A stretch of DNA of 51,961 nt from Desulfurococcales archaeon ex4484_217_1 (GCA_002254745.1 NJED01000013.1:1-51961); one strand, 5' to 3'. Shown: positions 9,452 through 18,989, counted from the stretch's first letter. Translations and numbers: made by a program. Notes: generated by a model not told the origin, from the letters alone.

Positions 9452-10333
9452 GTGAGTAGAATATCTAAGAAGTGGAGCGGTGAGGAGCCTTTAGCGCCAT
9501 TTATTATTAGGCTACTTCGTAAATTTAGGCCTAGGAAAATATCTTTAAAAAGACAAATAGGTGAAGTTATTTATCGCTTAGACGTACAAATGGATAAGCT
9601 TGATGAAACACTTAACAGGCTTAGAGAAAGGGACAAAGAGCTTCTTGAAAAGACAGTTAAAGCATACATTGCCAAGGATTTTGCGAGAGCAACTATTTAC
9701 GCTAATGAAGTAGCTGAATTAAGAAAAATGGCTAAAATAGTTTTAGCAAGCAGACTAGCACTTGAAAAAGTTAAGGTAAGACTGGAAACTATTAGAGAAC
9801 TAGGCGATGTTGCCGCAGTTATGGCTCCCATAATCCCAATACTTAAGGGTCTTAAATCCCAACTAGCAGGAATTATACCTGAAATTTCAGTAGAATTAGA
9901 AGAGATAACGAACAGTATGAACAGTATGCTTATGGAGTTAGGTCAAGTTACAACAACAGCTTTGTCCTCACCTATGCTAACTGAGGAAGCAAAAAGAGTA
10001 CTACTTGAAGCTCAAGCACTCGCTGAGGAAAAGATTAGGGAGAACTTCCCGAAAATACCTCCAGAAATTAAGGTCTCTATACCTAAAGAAGGCGCTAAAG
10101 CACCCATATCAGCCGCATTAACTATTGCTGCAATACCCGCTTCATCAAGACCTGTAACTCGAATAAGATTAAGTCCCAGGGTTTTAGAGGAAAAAGTTTT
10201 AGAATACATTAGAGCCCATAGGGGATTCATAGACGTTAATGACTGCGCTCGATTTTTTGGTGTTCAAAAAGAAGACGTGCTCAAAGCATTAAAATCCCTT
10301 GAAAGAAAGGGTAAAATAAAGCTTAAAGCGTAA
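9452..10333 (+). CDS. cdvB: ESCRT-III CdvB with C-terminal winged-helix domain
   Basis: Snf7 core (RATIYANEVAELRK..RLET), FPKIPP MIM2-like segment, wH domain (VLEYIRAHRGFIDVNDCARFFGV). Confidence 0.94.
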   Translation: MSRISKKWSGEEPLAPFIIRLLRKFRPRKISLKRQIGEVIYRLDVQMDKLDETLNRLRERDKELLEKTVKAYIAKDFARATIYANEVAELRKMAKIVLASRLALEKVKVRLETIRELGDVAAVMAPIIPILKGLKSQLAGIIPEISVELEEITNSMNSMLMELGQVTTTALSSPMLTEEAKRVLLEAQALAEEKIRENFPKIPPEIKVSIPKEGAKAPISAALTIAAIPASSRPVTRIRLSPRVLEEKVLEYIRAHRGFIDVNDCARFFGVQKEDVLKALKSLERKGKIKLKA

Positions 10334-10354
10334 GTTAATGAAGATCTGTGAAAC

Positions 10355-11518
10355 ATGTTTAGTCGTTTTTCTAAAGTAAAGTATCGAGGGATAATCTTGG
10401 CTATTCAGCGTCTTGAAGAATTAGCTAGGAAATATGCTTTCAAAGCAGTAGAAGCTGATAGGAGGGGGAACGTGGAAGAAGCGATAAAATATTATAATAG
10501 AGTAGCTGATCTCCTAGTTAAAATTGTAAAGTTGCATCCTGAGCTACCGCTCAAGGACACATATCTGGAGATGAGTAGGAGCTATAGGAGAAGAGCTGAT
10601 GAGCTGAAAAAACATGGTTTAAGCGTAACAATAGGTGAAGAGCATGACCAATACTCTATAGACGAATTTATACTCGTAGAAAAACCTAGTGTTAAATGGA
10701 GTGATGTTGCAGATTTAGAAGAAGCAAAAGAGGAGATAAAGAAGGCAATAGTTTATCCCGCTAAAAGACCCGACTTATTTCCGCTTGGATGGCCTAGAGG
10801 AATACTCCTATACGGGCCTCCTGGATGTGGTAAAACGTACTTAGCCTCGGCTGTTGCTACAGAAATAGATGCTGTATTCTTTATCGTAGATGCTGCATCA
10901 ATAATGTCTAAGTGGTTGGGTGAAGCAGAAAAAAACGTTGCTAAACTGTTTAAACGAGCCAGAGAAATAGCTAAAAGCGGTAAACCGGTCATAATATTCA
11001 TCGACGAACTGGATTCTCTCCTAGGAAGATATGCCAGTGAAATAGGTGGAGAAGTTAGGGTTAGAAACCAGTTCTTAAAGGAAATGGATGGTTTACAAGA
11101 TAAGGGTAAGAAATTATTACTTTTCGTAATTGGTGCAACTAATAAACCATGGAATTTAGACGAAGCCTTCATTAGAAGGTTTGAGAAGAGGATATACATA
11201 CCACCTCCAGACTACAAAACCAGAATAGAACTCTTCAAAATGTATACGAAAAAATTAAAGCTAGACCCTAGCGTAGATCTAAAGGAATTAGCTACACTAA
11301 CCGAGGGGTACTCTAGCAGCGATATTGAAGTAATATGTAGAGAAGCTCATGAAAAAGTTATTAAGGAATTTTTTGAAGAAACGGGTGGTTTATATGGTGA
11401 ACCTAGAGCAGTAACTATGGAGGACTTTCTTGAAATATTGAAGAAACGAAGGCCAAGCATAAATAAGAACATTATTAAGGCATTTGAGGAATGGGCGAGA
11501 AGGTTTGGAGCAGTTTAG
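10355..11518 (+). CDS. cdvC: Vps4-like AAA+ ATPase CdvC (start may be TTG at 10397)
   Basis: MIT domain, FPLGWPRGILLYGPPGCGKT, IFIDELD, GATNKPW. Confidence 0.96.
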   Translation: MFSRFSKVKYRGIILAIQRLEELARKYAFKAVEADRRGNVEEAIKYYNRVADLLVKIVKLHPELPLKDTYLEMSRSYRRRADELKKHGLSVTIGEEHDQYSIDEFILVEKPSVKWSDVADLEEAKEEIKKAIVYPAKRPDLFPLGWPRGILLYGPPGCGKTYLASAVATEIDAVFFIVDAASIMSKWLGEAEKNVAKLFKRAREIAKSGKPVIIFIDELDSLLGRYASEIGGEVRVRNQFLKEMDGLQDKGKKLLLFVIGATNKPWNLDEAFIRRFEKRIYIPPPDYKTRIELFKMYTKKLKLDPSVDLKELATLTEGYSSSDIEVICREAHEKVIKEFFEETGGLYGEPRAVTMEDFLEILKKRRPSINKNIIKAFEEWARRFGAV

Positions 11519-11592
11519 AGGTTCAAGAAAACTGTTTTGAAAAAAATTGATTTGTTGGTTTTAATTAATATACTTGCTACTTAATAACCTGT

Positions 11593-11733
11593 TTACTCTA
11601 CCTTGGCTCTGAAGTAGTGGGCGTTTGGACACTTAAAGAGGCCGATCTTTACGCCTTTCCTGCCCTTTGGTGCTAGTACCCATGTCTTAATTGGCTTTTC
11701 TACTTCAGCTCCACACTTTGGACATTTGGGCAT
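11593..11733 (-). CDS. creN7: Chromatin protein Cren7, Zn-ribbon type, 46 aa (missing from the ORF track)
   Basis: [46 protein letters not shown]; the [19 protein letters not shown] signature; GGTGA SD. Confidence 0.93.
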   Translation of the reverse strand: MPKCPKCGAEVEKPIKTWVLAPKGRKGVKIGLFKCPNAHYFRAKVE

Positions 11734-11740
11734 ATTCTTC

Positions 11741-11768
11741 ACCATGTATAATGTATATTATACATGTA
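11741..11768. other. dif-like 28-bp palindrome, or an operator over the cren7 promoter
   Basis: ACCATGTATAA-TGTATA-TTATACATGTA, 11-6-11 architecture. Confidence 0.4.
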
Positions 11769-11865
11769 ATTTAAACTTAACTTGAGACCTACACAAACAC
11801 ATGTATATGACCAAGTAGAAAAACTCTAATGGTGATTTAAAGGACTCCTTCAATGGAGGATTATG

Positions 11866-11937
11866 TATTTACGTCAATATTTAAACATGCAATAGTACTC
11901 CTTTGCATTACATGTTTAAATAAACTTGACGTAAATA
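11866..11937. repeat. 72-bp imperfect inverted repeat
   Basis: TATTTACGTCAA-TATTTAAACATGCAAT ...13 nt... ATTACATGTTTAAATA-aac-TTGACGTAAATA. Confidence 0.85.
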
Positions 11938-12063
11938 TCATTGAAAAGTACATTGTTTTTTAACCTATATTCTCTTTCAACGTATGTTTAAATATGATGA
12001 TGCTGCTAGGTAGAAAAAGTACTTAGATACTGTAGAGCAATATATGGTATTAGGTGTAATTTA

Positions 12064-12834
12064 ATGTATTATGTTGAGGAGTATGATGGGCTAACTGTTT
12101 TTGAAGCTAAAGAGATAAAACTTAAATCTCCATCATATTTAATGCTTGGCCTACCCGACACAGGTCTTGTAGCGTCAATATCCGCTAGCTATATGGTTGA
12201 CGCATTAGGAATGGAGGAAATTGGCGGAATAGATTCCTATAGGTATTTCCCACCAATAACTGTAATTCACAATGGAGAACCGAAGCCGCCTTTAAGAATA
12301 TTCCATAAAGACAATATGTTGGTTATGATATCTGAGATACCCATATCACCAGCAGCTATACACCCTATAGCATTCCTCATTGTTGACTACGCTAGGAAGA
12401 AAGGCATAGATCACATAGTTTCACCTGTTGGAATAGGTGTTCCAAATAGGATGAATATTGAGAAACCAACAGTTTACTGGACTTCCACTTCTAAAGAAGG
12501 AGAAGAAATAATGGAGAAACTGGGTGTTAAAAAGTTTCAGGAAGGTTTTATCGTCGGCCCATATGCTATCATATTAAAAGAGGCTAAAAGGAAAAGAGTA
12601 AGTAACATAGTATTATTCGCTGAAGCCTTCATAGAATTTCCGGACCCAGCTGCAGCAGTGGAAGTACTAAGTATACTTTCAAAAATGTTAAACGTTCAAA
12701 TAGATTTAAAACCTCTCGTAGAGAAAGCTGAAGAAATCAGGTTAAAGACAAGAGAACTCATGCTGAGCACTAAGAAGGTTCTTGACAGGCTAAAGAAAGG
12801 TTATGAGAGGCAATTACCGTTAATGTATGTTTAA
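12064..12834 (+). CDS. PAC2-family proteasome assembly chaperone (PbaA/PbaB-like)
   Basis: GLPDTGLV, PPLRIF, IVGPYA, FPDPAAA; C-terminal MYV HbYX motif. Confidence 0.9.
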   Translation: MYYVEEYDGLTVFEAKEIKLKSPSYLMLGLPDTGLVASISASYMVDALGMEEIGGIDSYRYFPPITVIHNGEPKPPLRIFHKDNMLVMISEIPISPAAIHPIAFLIVDYARKKGIDHIVSPVGIGVPNRMNIEKPTVYWTSTSKEGEEIMEKLGVKKFQEGFIVGPYAIILKEAKRKRVSNIVLFAEAFIEFPDPAAAVEVLSILSKMLNVQIDLKPLVEKAEEIRLKTRELMLSTKKVLDRLKKGYERQLPLMYV

Positions 12835-12850
12835 GCGGAGGTGAGGCCAA

Positions 12851-13312
12851 GTGTTCGAGAGTAGGCGAAGAAGGAGAAAAGATATACTCGAAATAATTAA
12901 AGAGTTTGAAGAAGCATTAGAAAGAGAGTTTGAAGAAATATTTGACAGGTTTCTAAGTCATTACGAAACAAAGTCTATGTGGTGTAGCGACGGGACTTTA
13001 GAACCACTTGTTGAAGTTAAGGAAGAGGAAGACAAATATCTTATAACTGTAGATTTGCCCTTAGCGAATTTGAAGACATTATCGATCACGGGCAAATACA
13101 ATGTTGTCGAAATAAGATGTCAGCTTAAAAAAGATGTTAGGCTAGATAGATGGGTTATACAGAGGCAAACAACATTTAGAGAATACAGGAAGGCAGTAGA
13201 GTTACCTGAAGACGCTGATGTATCTAAGTTCCAAGTTAGGAAGTATGAGAACTTCTCAATAATAGAGATTGTAGTTCCTAAAAAATTCAGATCTTTGCAT
13301 GAACTTCGATAA
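12851..13312 (+). CDS. Small heat shock protein (Hsp20)
   Basis: EPLVEVKEEEDKYLITVDLP ... YRKAVELP ... IEIVVPK. Confidence 0.88.
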   Translation: MFESRRRRRKDILEIIKEFEEALEREFEEIFDRFLSHYETKSMWCSDGTLEPLVEVKEEEDKYLITVDLPLANLKTLSITGKYNVVEIRCQLKKDVRLDRWVIQRQTTFREYRKAVELPEDADVSKFQVRKYENFSIIEIVVPKKFRSLHELR

Positions 13313-14468
13313 TATCTCCATCCATAACTACATGGTTCTTACCAACACGTTCACCCGGATATTTGGCTGAAGGACCCCAGATCTTAGCGTATTTGAAGTT
13401 TTCGCAAAGTTTAGAGTGTATTTTCTCAGCAACATCTAATACTGTAGCGCCTTTACGTAGGACTAAAGGCTCCAGTGAAGGTTTATTTTCACCTGGCTGC
13501 TTAGTGTACACCCTGACTAAGTCTAAGAGGTTAAAAAGGAGCTTACCTAGCATGTTGTAGTTCACGTTTTTAATAGCTGAGATAGGTATAACACTTACAT
13601 GTGAACCTACGGTATTTTGAACTTCTTTAACAATATTTTTCAGAACTTCTTGAGGTAGCTTATCTGACTTGTTAACAAGGATTATTGCTGGCTTATGTAT
13701 TATACTACCGAATATTGATGATTCAATATCGTCTAAAGACACTTCACCATAAATTTTAACTAGTGCGTGATGAATTCGGTAGTCTTTCAATAACTTCGCA
13801 ACATCCCTTACGCTACCATCTACTATTTTACCAAAGACAATTACTTGTATTCCTCCAGTACTTTTCCTAATTATTTCGACTTTACCTTTAGGTTTACCTA
13901 TGGAGATTCTAGCTTCCTCAAGTTCTTTAAGTATTGTTTTGAGCTGTTCTATGGGGTTAGATGTTCCATCTAAAACTATAAGTACAGCATCAGAATTCCT
14001 AACTAAGCCTAGGGTTTTAAGGCCCCAGCCTACTCCTTTAGCTGCGCCTTCAAATAAAGCTGGTGCTTCTACGAGTTGAAACTTAATGTCTTCGAAAGGC
14101 ATCATTCCAACTACTGGAGTTCGTGTAGTGTACGGTATTGGGGAAACTTGTGGTTTAGCGTTTGTTATTTTACGAAGCAACTGGCTCTTCCCGGAGTTTG
14201 CAAGTCCAAGTATAACTACTTGAGCAGCTCCTTCCTTTTCAACAAAGAATTTAGGCCCCTTACCTGCTCTTCTCCTTCTTCTTTCTTCTATTTCCCTTCT
14301 AAGGACAGCCATTTGCCTTCTAACACGGCCTATAAGCTTCTCAGTACCCTTATGCTTAGGTACTGCTGCTAAAAACTCTTCTAAGGCCTTTAGTTTCTCC
14401 TCAGGAGTTTTAGCTTCCATAACCTTAATCCATTTAGCCTTAGCTTCAGCAGGCAGATTTGTAACCAT
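13287..14468 (-). CDS. DRG/OBG-family GTPase with TGS domain
   Basis: MVTNLP, PKHKGTE, GLANSGKS, YTT, NKSD, TGS C-terminus. Confidence 0.93.
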   Translation of the reverse strand: MVTNLPAEAKAKWIKVMEAKTPEEKLKALEEFLAAVPKHKGTEKLIGRVRRQMAVLRREIEERRRRRAGKGPKFFVEKEGAAQVVILGLANSGKSQLLRKITNAKPQVSPIPYTTRTPVVGMMPFEDIKFQLVEAPALFEGAAKGVGWGLKTLGLVRNSDAVLIVLDGTSNPIEQLKTILKELEEARISIGKPKGKVEIIRKSTGGIQVIVFGKIVDGSVRDVAKLLKDYRIHHALVKIYGEVSLDDIESSIFGSIIHKPAIILVNKSDKLPQEVLKNIVKEVQNTVGSHVSVIPISAIKNVNYNMLGKLLFNLLDLVRVYTKQPGENKPSLEPLVLRKGATVLDVAEKIHSKLCENFKYAKIWGPSAKYPGERVGKNHVVMDGDIIEVHAKI

Positions 14469-14474
14469 AATTTC

Positions 14475-15006
14475 TCACCTAGCTCTTTTCTTCTTTTCAA
14501 TATACTCTGTAGGTGCCAATTCCTTTACTGTTTTCCAACTCCTCCTAACAATGGAAGGCAAATATCCCTCCCTGCCATAGAAGTTTTTAATCCATGAAAT
14601 TGTTTTAGGATCCGAGGGATATCCGCTACCGAAATCACCATACATCTTCTTAAGCTCACCAATATGTCTCTCCCTATACGTTTTAGCAACTATGGATGCT
14701 GCAGACACCACGACATACTTCCTGTCCGCAAAATGTTCAGCAATAATGTCCCCCTTAAAACCCATTGTTTATATTTCTCCTATCTATAATATCAGGCTTA
14801 ACCTCTTGAACATATATTTTCTCAGCATAAGACTTAACAATATTGTACATTACATTTCTCATGTGTTTGCTTAGTAGCTTACTGTCCTTTATACCTAGCT
14901 TCTTCAAATGTGCAATGTTCTCCTTCCTAATAACAACTCCGGCAACAAACATACTACCAATAACAGGCCCCTTACCCGCTTCATCTATTCCAAGAACTAA
15001 ACTCAT
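14475..15006 (-). pseudogene. rnhB: Ribonuclease HII split by an apparent deletion and frameshift
   Basis: GIDEAGKGPVIG..DSK in 14755-15006; AD..Y.VVSAASIVAK..GSGYPSDP in 14475-14765; the middle segment is missing. Confidence 0.9.
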
Positions 15007-15038
15007 CTGCTACTACCTTGGGCCTAACGCAGTTTTTC

Positions 15039-15587
15039 CTAATTATCTCTACAGTTTCCCTTTCGGAAAACATCTAAACAGAAATATATTGAGTCATAGT
15101 TTTCTATAAAGTTGAAGTGTGATGGTAGGGAGAAGAATCCTTGAGGATTATTCTCTACAGTTATTGTGATACCGGTATCCTCAGATACTTTCTGAAGCAT
15201 ATTTAGCGACTTCTTGGCTTCGTTAAGTACTTTATCTTTTACTTTTTCACTAAACGTTATTTCCTCAGATATTATGTGGACGTTAAAGTACTCTGGCTCA
15301 TACTTCACAACACTACTTATTGCTTTACTAACGATTGCTCTAGAAGACTCGGAAATTTCCCTATAAGGGCTTCCAAGCCTTATATCTCTCCATGGTCCAT
15401 GAAACGCTATTTTAAATCCCAAATCCTTAGCTACACTAATAATATGTACCAAGTTCTCTTCATTAGAAATCCAAGGATAAGCCAGTGATATTTCTAGGTA
15501 ATCAAACCCGTTTTCCAATGTTTTAGCCAATTCTTCTTCAACATTCCTTGTTCCATACCATATACTCCATCCGACAAGTATTTTCAT
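15039..15587 (-). pseudogene. Xylose isomerase/AP endonuclease 2-like TIM-barrel protein, C-terminally truncated
   Basis: GFDYLEI, FHGPW.DI.LGS, NVH, VENNP, FCLDV, then the frame breaks before the expected GHA. Confidence 0.75.
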
Positions 15588-15597
15588 ACATTATACC

Positions 15598-16353
15598 CTA
15601 CGTTATTAAGTAATTTATTTTATTTATCTTAGAAACTACACTTTCAATACTTAACCTTACTCTTCCTACTCCATGTTTGTAAACGAAATACGGCCGTAAA
15701 ACATTGGGAACGAGTCTCTCATATAACTTCTTCTCGAAAAGCCCATCGTACACTATTTTTCCAGCAAATTTCATGCTTAATGTATTACCTAGAGTATATA
15801 GAGTGAGGTTTGTTATGGGATAGCGTAAGACTTTCGGACCTTTTTCACAATACCCTAACTTACAAATGGTAAAATGCGGAATTCCCGTTTTTAGCAATAA
15901 ATTAACTATAATTTCGAGAGATTTGAGTTCGCTTTGTCTCCCAATAATAAATGCCATGAGCGGTTTCTCTTTAACAAGAATGTTAAACGACGTACGTATG
16001 TTTTTAACATAGTCATCCCTTACAGCATATGGTACTATGTAACCTTCTTTTATTGCAGCTAAGTTCATATATTTCATTATAGTTATTATATGCCTTAATG
16101 TTTTAGGCGTCGAAATGATTGCTGTTTTTAAATTCAGTATTCTAAACACTAAGGTTAGAACAGCACTTCCTAAGATACCATCAATTTCAGGTATTTCCTT
16201 GCCATATGGGTATGTTACCATTAACAATTTTCCCTTGGATGCGTTCAAATACTTTACAATATCGTGGAAAGCGTGCTCTAGCCTATAGTTGAAACTTTCA
16301 GGTTCATAGCCGAAATCCGTGTACAGTTCTTTTTCAATGTTTTCCCAGTTCAT
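15598..16353 (-). CDS. Hypothetical protein, possibly a divergent DUF4392/glutamate cyclase-like protein
   Basis: LLMVTYP..PEIDGILGSAVL resembles VLIVTGF..ETDGPPGA. Confidence 0.5.
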   Translation of the reverse strand: MNWENIEKELYTDFGYEPESFNYRLEHAFHDIVKYLNASKGKLLMVTYPYGKEIPEIDGILGSAVLTLVFRILNLKTAIISTPKTLRHIITIMKYMNLAAIKEGYIVPYAVRDDYVKNIRTSFNILVKEKPLMAFIIGRQSELKSLEIIVNLLLKTGIPHFTICKLGYCEKGPKVLRYPITNLTLYTLGNTLSMKFAGKIVYDGLFEKKLYERLVPNVLRPYFVYKHGVGRVRLSIESVVSKINKINYLIT

Positions 16354-17411
16354 ACAGTATCTATCTCTTCAAGTATTTTCATAACTATTGTGCTTGGTCT
16401 TTCTAGTTGAGAATACATTTTCCTTAACATATTTTTACTTAGTCTTGGAACCTTACCAAGTAGTATTTTATCAATTTTCTTCTTCAAAGCTTCCCATTTG
16501 TGAACATTATATAGGGGGAACCCCCATGAACTAACACATTCATTAATAGGGGTTTTTACAGGGAAATAGCTTATGGATGGAACGCCAGCTAAGGCTGCTT
16601 CTCTAGCTATAGTAGCGCCTCCTGTAATTACCATACTGGCTTTTGGATATAGTACTCTTAAGTCTAATGGGTCTTTAGGTATAATCACGTTCTCTTTAAA
16701 GTATTTCAAAACATATTCCTTCTGATGCGCGTACCTAGGTAGGAAAACTATTTTCCCTTCAAATTTTGATTTCAGATATTCTAGTACTTTATGGAAAATA
16801 GGTTTGTACTTGTAATAAGCTGCTTCTGTTTCTTCAGGTCTAAATATTATGAAAGGTTCTTCTACATTAACTATCGCTAATGTTCTTTCTCTAAACTTTT
16901 TAGGAGATCTATAGTTTATAATCCATTCTAACTCTTCAACACCATTGTACTGTACAATTTTTGTTCTAGGTGTAATGTAGGGTTTAAACATTTTTCGTGA
17001 AATACACTTAGAAAACACTACGTATTTCGCTAAAGGTAATGTTAACTTATTAACGGCTATTGCATGAGGCGTTAATAAGACTATTGGTGTTTTTAATCCG
17101 AAAGCAACTCTGCAACCACTAGGGCTAGGGTATGAAATTAGGGCTGAAGGCCTTATTTCACTTATTATTTTTGCTAGTTTAAGTGTTCTATCAGCGGATG
17201 CTAGGAGCTTTCCTATTAATGCTCCTCCTCCATGTTCTCCTACGCTAATATAGTTTTCCCCATAACTTTTAAGAAGAGACTCGGTGTAGTCGTACTTCCT
17301 ACATGTAATAAATGTTTCATAGCCTTTTCTCCTAATTCTCAAAGCTAAGTAGTGCATTAAAAGTGCCTGTTTGGGTGTTAAAACATCAAGCCATACGGTT
17401 TTACCTGTCAT
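16350..17411 (-). CDS. DUF354 family protein (GT-B/UDP-GlcNAc 2-epimerase-like)
   Basis: VWLDVLTPKQ, VAFGL, FRPEETEAAYY, GGATIAREAALAGVP; start taken at ATG 17411. Confidence 0.85.
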   Translation of the reverse strand: MTGKTVWLDVLTPKQALLMHYLALRIRRKGYETFITCRKYDYTESLLKSYGENYISVGEHGGGALIGKLLASADRTLKLAKIISEIRPSALISYPSPSGCRVAFGLKTPIVLLTPHAIAVNKLTLPLAKYVVFSKCISRKMFKPYITPRTKIVQYNGVEELEWIINYRSPKKFRERTLAIVNVEEPFIIFRPEETEAAYYKYKPIFHKVLEYLKSKFEGKIVFLPRYAHQKEYVLKYFKENVIIPKDPLDLRVLYPKASMVITGGATIAREAALAGVPSISYFPVKTPINECVSSWGFPLYNVHKWEALKKKIDKILLGKVPRLSKNMLRKMYSQLERPSTIVMKILEEIDTV

Positions 17412-17615
17412 AGTTATGTATGCAATTATTCTAGTTATTTTCAAGAACTTCTTATTTAAAATCGAGGCTATGATTAGAAAGGTGAGACCTAGAAATTCTA
17501 CCATCAATACGTTTTCTAAAACGTAAAGCATCAACCTCGAAATACCTCGGTGAAATCTTATATGTTTAGGTACGAAATTACTTTATTAAACGGTGTTTCA
17601 TAATTATTTCGGGGC

Positions 17616-18989
17616 TTGCTTATGGGCAAGCTATTTGGAACAGATGGTGTTAGGGGAATAGTGAATGTCGACTTAACGCCGGAATTAGCTATGAAAATAG
17701 GCTTAGCTGCTGGCACCTTCTTTGGCGAAGGTACGAGAATTCTTATCGGCAGAGATGTTAGAAGAGGAGGTGAGATGCTTCAAAAAGCTGTTATAGGGGG
17801 TTTGTTAAGTGCTGGAGTAAAAGTTTACGATGCTGGTCTTCTTCCTACACCTACGCTTCAATGGGCGATAAAGCATTTCAAGTTCGATGGAGGTATAATG
17901 ATAACTGCAAGCCATAATCCCCCTAAATACAACGGTATAAAGGTTATCGCATCAGATGGTGTTGAAATAAGTAGAGAAGATGAAGTAAAAATTGAGGAAA
18001 TAATTTTTGAGGAAAAATGGTTTAGAGCTTCACGGTTTGGCTTAGCCGAAGAAGTACCTAAATTCTACGGAATAATAGATGCTTACGTTAACTCCATAGT
18101 AAGCCATGTAGATGTTGAGAAAATTAGAAGTAAAAACTTCAGAGTTTTAATAGACCCAGCAAACAGTGTGGGAGCGCTTACAAGCCCGCTCGTAGCTAAG
18201 AAGCTTGGATGCAAAGTATACACGTTAAACGGTAATCTTGACGGAGACTTTCCAGGAAGAGAACCTGAACCAACAACTGAGACTCTTAAAGAAACAGCTG
18301 ATGTAGCTAGAGCATTACATGTCGACTTAGCTGTTGGACATGACGGCGATGCGGATAGAGCAATTTTCGTAGACGAGAAAGGTAGAATACATTGGGGAGA
18401 TAGGAGTGCGACAATTCTATGCAAATATTTCGCTGAAAAAGGACATAAAGGTAAAGTAATTACCGCGGTTTCCTCATCAATTATGATAGAGGAAGTATTG
18501 AAACCCTATGGATTAGAAGTTATCTGGATGAAGGTAGGTAGTGTCGATATTTCCAGAAGAATGCTTAGAGAAGAAAATGTTTTATGTGGTTTTGAAGAAA
18601 ATGGAGGTTTCATGTATCCTCCACATATACCTGTAAGAGACGGATCAATGACATTAGCTTTAATGCTACAGGTAATGGCAGATGAAAATAGAAAACTATC
18701 GGAACTTTTCGACCAACTACCGCACTATTATACGTTAAAAACTAAGATACCGATGGCTCGTACTACAGCTCTTAAAGTTGTTAAAGAAGTTGCTGAATAC
18801 TTTAAGAATTATAGGCTAATAACTATTGATGGCGTAAAAGTGTTAATGAAGGATGCATGGGTTTTAGTTAGGCCTTCGGGAACAGAACCTATACTTAGAA
18901 TTATGGCTGAAGCAAAAGATGAAAATAAGTTAAAGGAAATAGTTAACACAGTCAAGAATATTGCAGAAGAGGTGCTTAAGTCAAAATGA
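17616..18989 (+). CDS. glmM: Phosphoglucosamine mutase / PMM-PGM
   Basis: LFGTDGVRG, TASHNP, DGDADR, FEENGG, RPSGTEP. Confidence 0.93.
   Translation: MLMGKLFGTDGVRGIVNVDLTPELAMKIGLAAGTFFGEGTRILIGRDVRRGGEMLQKAVIGGLLSAGVKVYDAGLLPTPTLQWAIKHFKFDGGIMITASHNPPKYNGIKVIASDGVEISREDEVKIEEIIFEEKWFRASRFGLAEEVPKFYGIIDAYVNSIVSHVDVEKIRSKNFRVLIDPANSVGALTSPLVAKKLGCKVYTLNGNLDGDFPGREPEPTTETLKETADVARALHVDLAVGHDGDADRAIFVDEKGRIHWGDRSATILCKYFAEKGHKGKVITAVSSSIMIEEVLKPYGLEVIWMKVGSVDISRRMLREENVLCGFEENGGFMYPPHIPVRDGSMTLALMLQVMADENRKLSELFDQLPHYYTLKTKIPMARTTALKVVKEVAEYFKNYRLITIDGVKVLMKDAWVLVRPSGTEPILRIMAEAKDENKLKEIVNTVKNIAEEVLKSK

Noticed and set aside
11994..12050. ATGATGA as the C box of another sRNA
   Set aside because: No D box or C'/D' pair at suitable spacing.
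11734..12063. Canonical Cdc6/ORB replication origin
   Set aside because: No ORB or mini-ORB consensus, no G-string, and no adjacent cdc6 or whiP. The repeats are reported as unexplained instead.
17412..17534. Hydrophobic N-terminal extension of DUF354 in the ORF track
   Set aside because: Family similarity starts at MTGKTVWLD, so the extension is probably promoter DNA read in frame.
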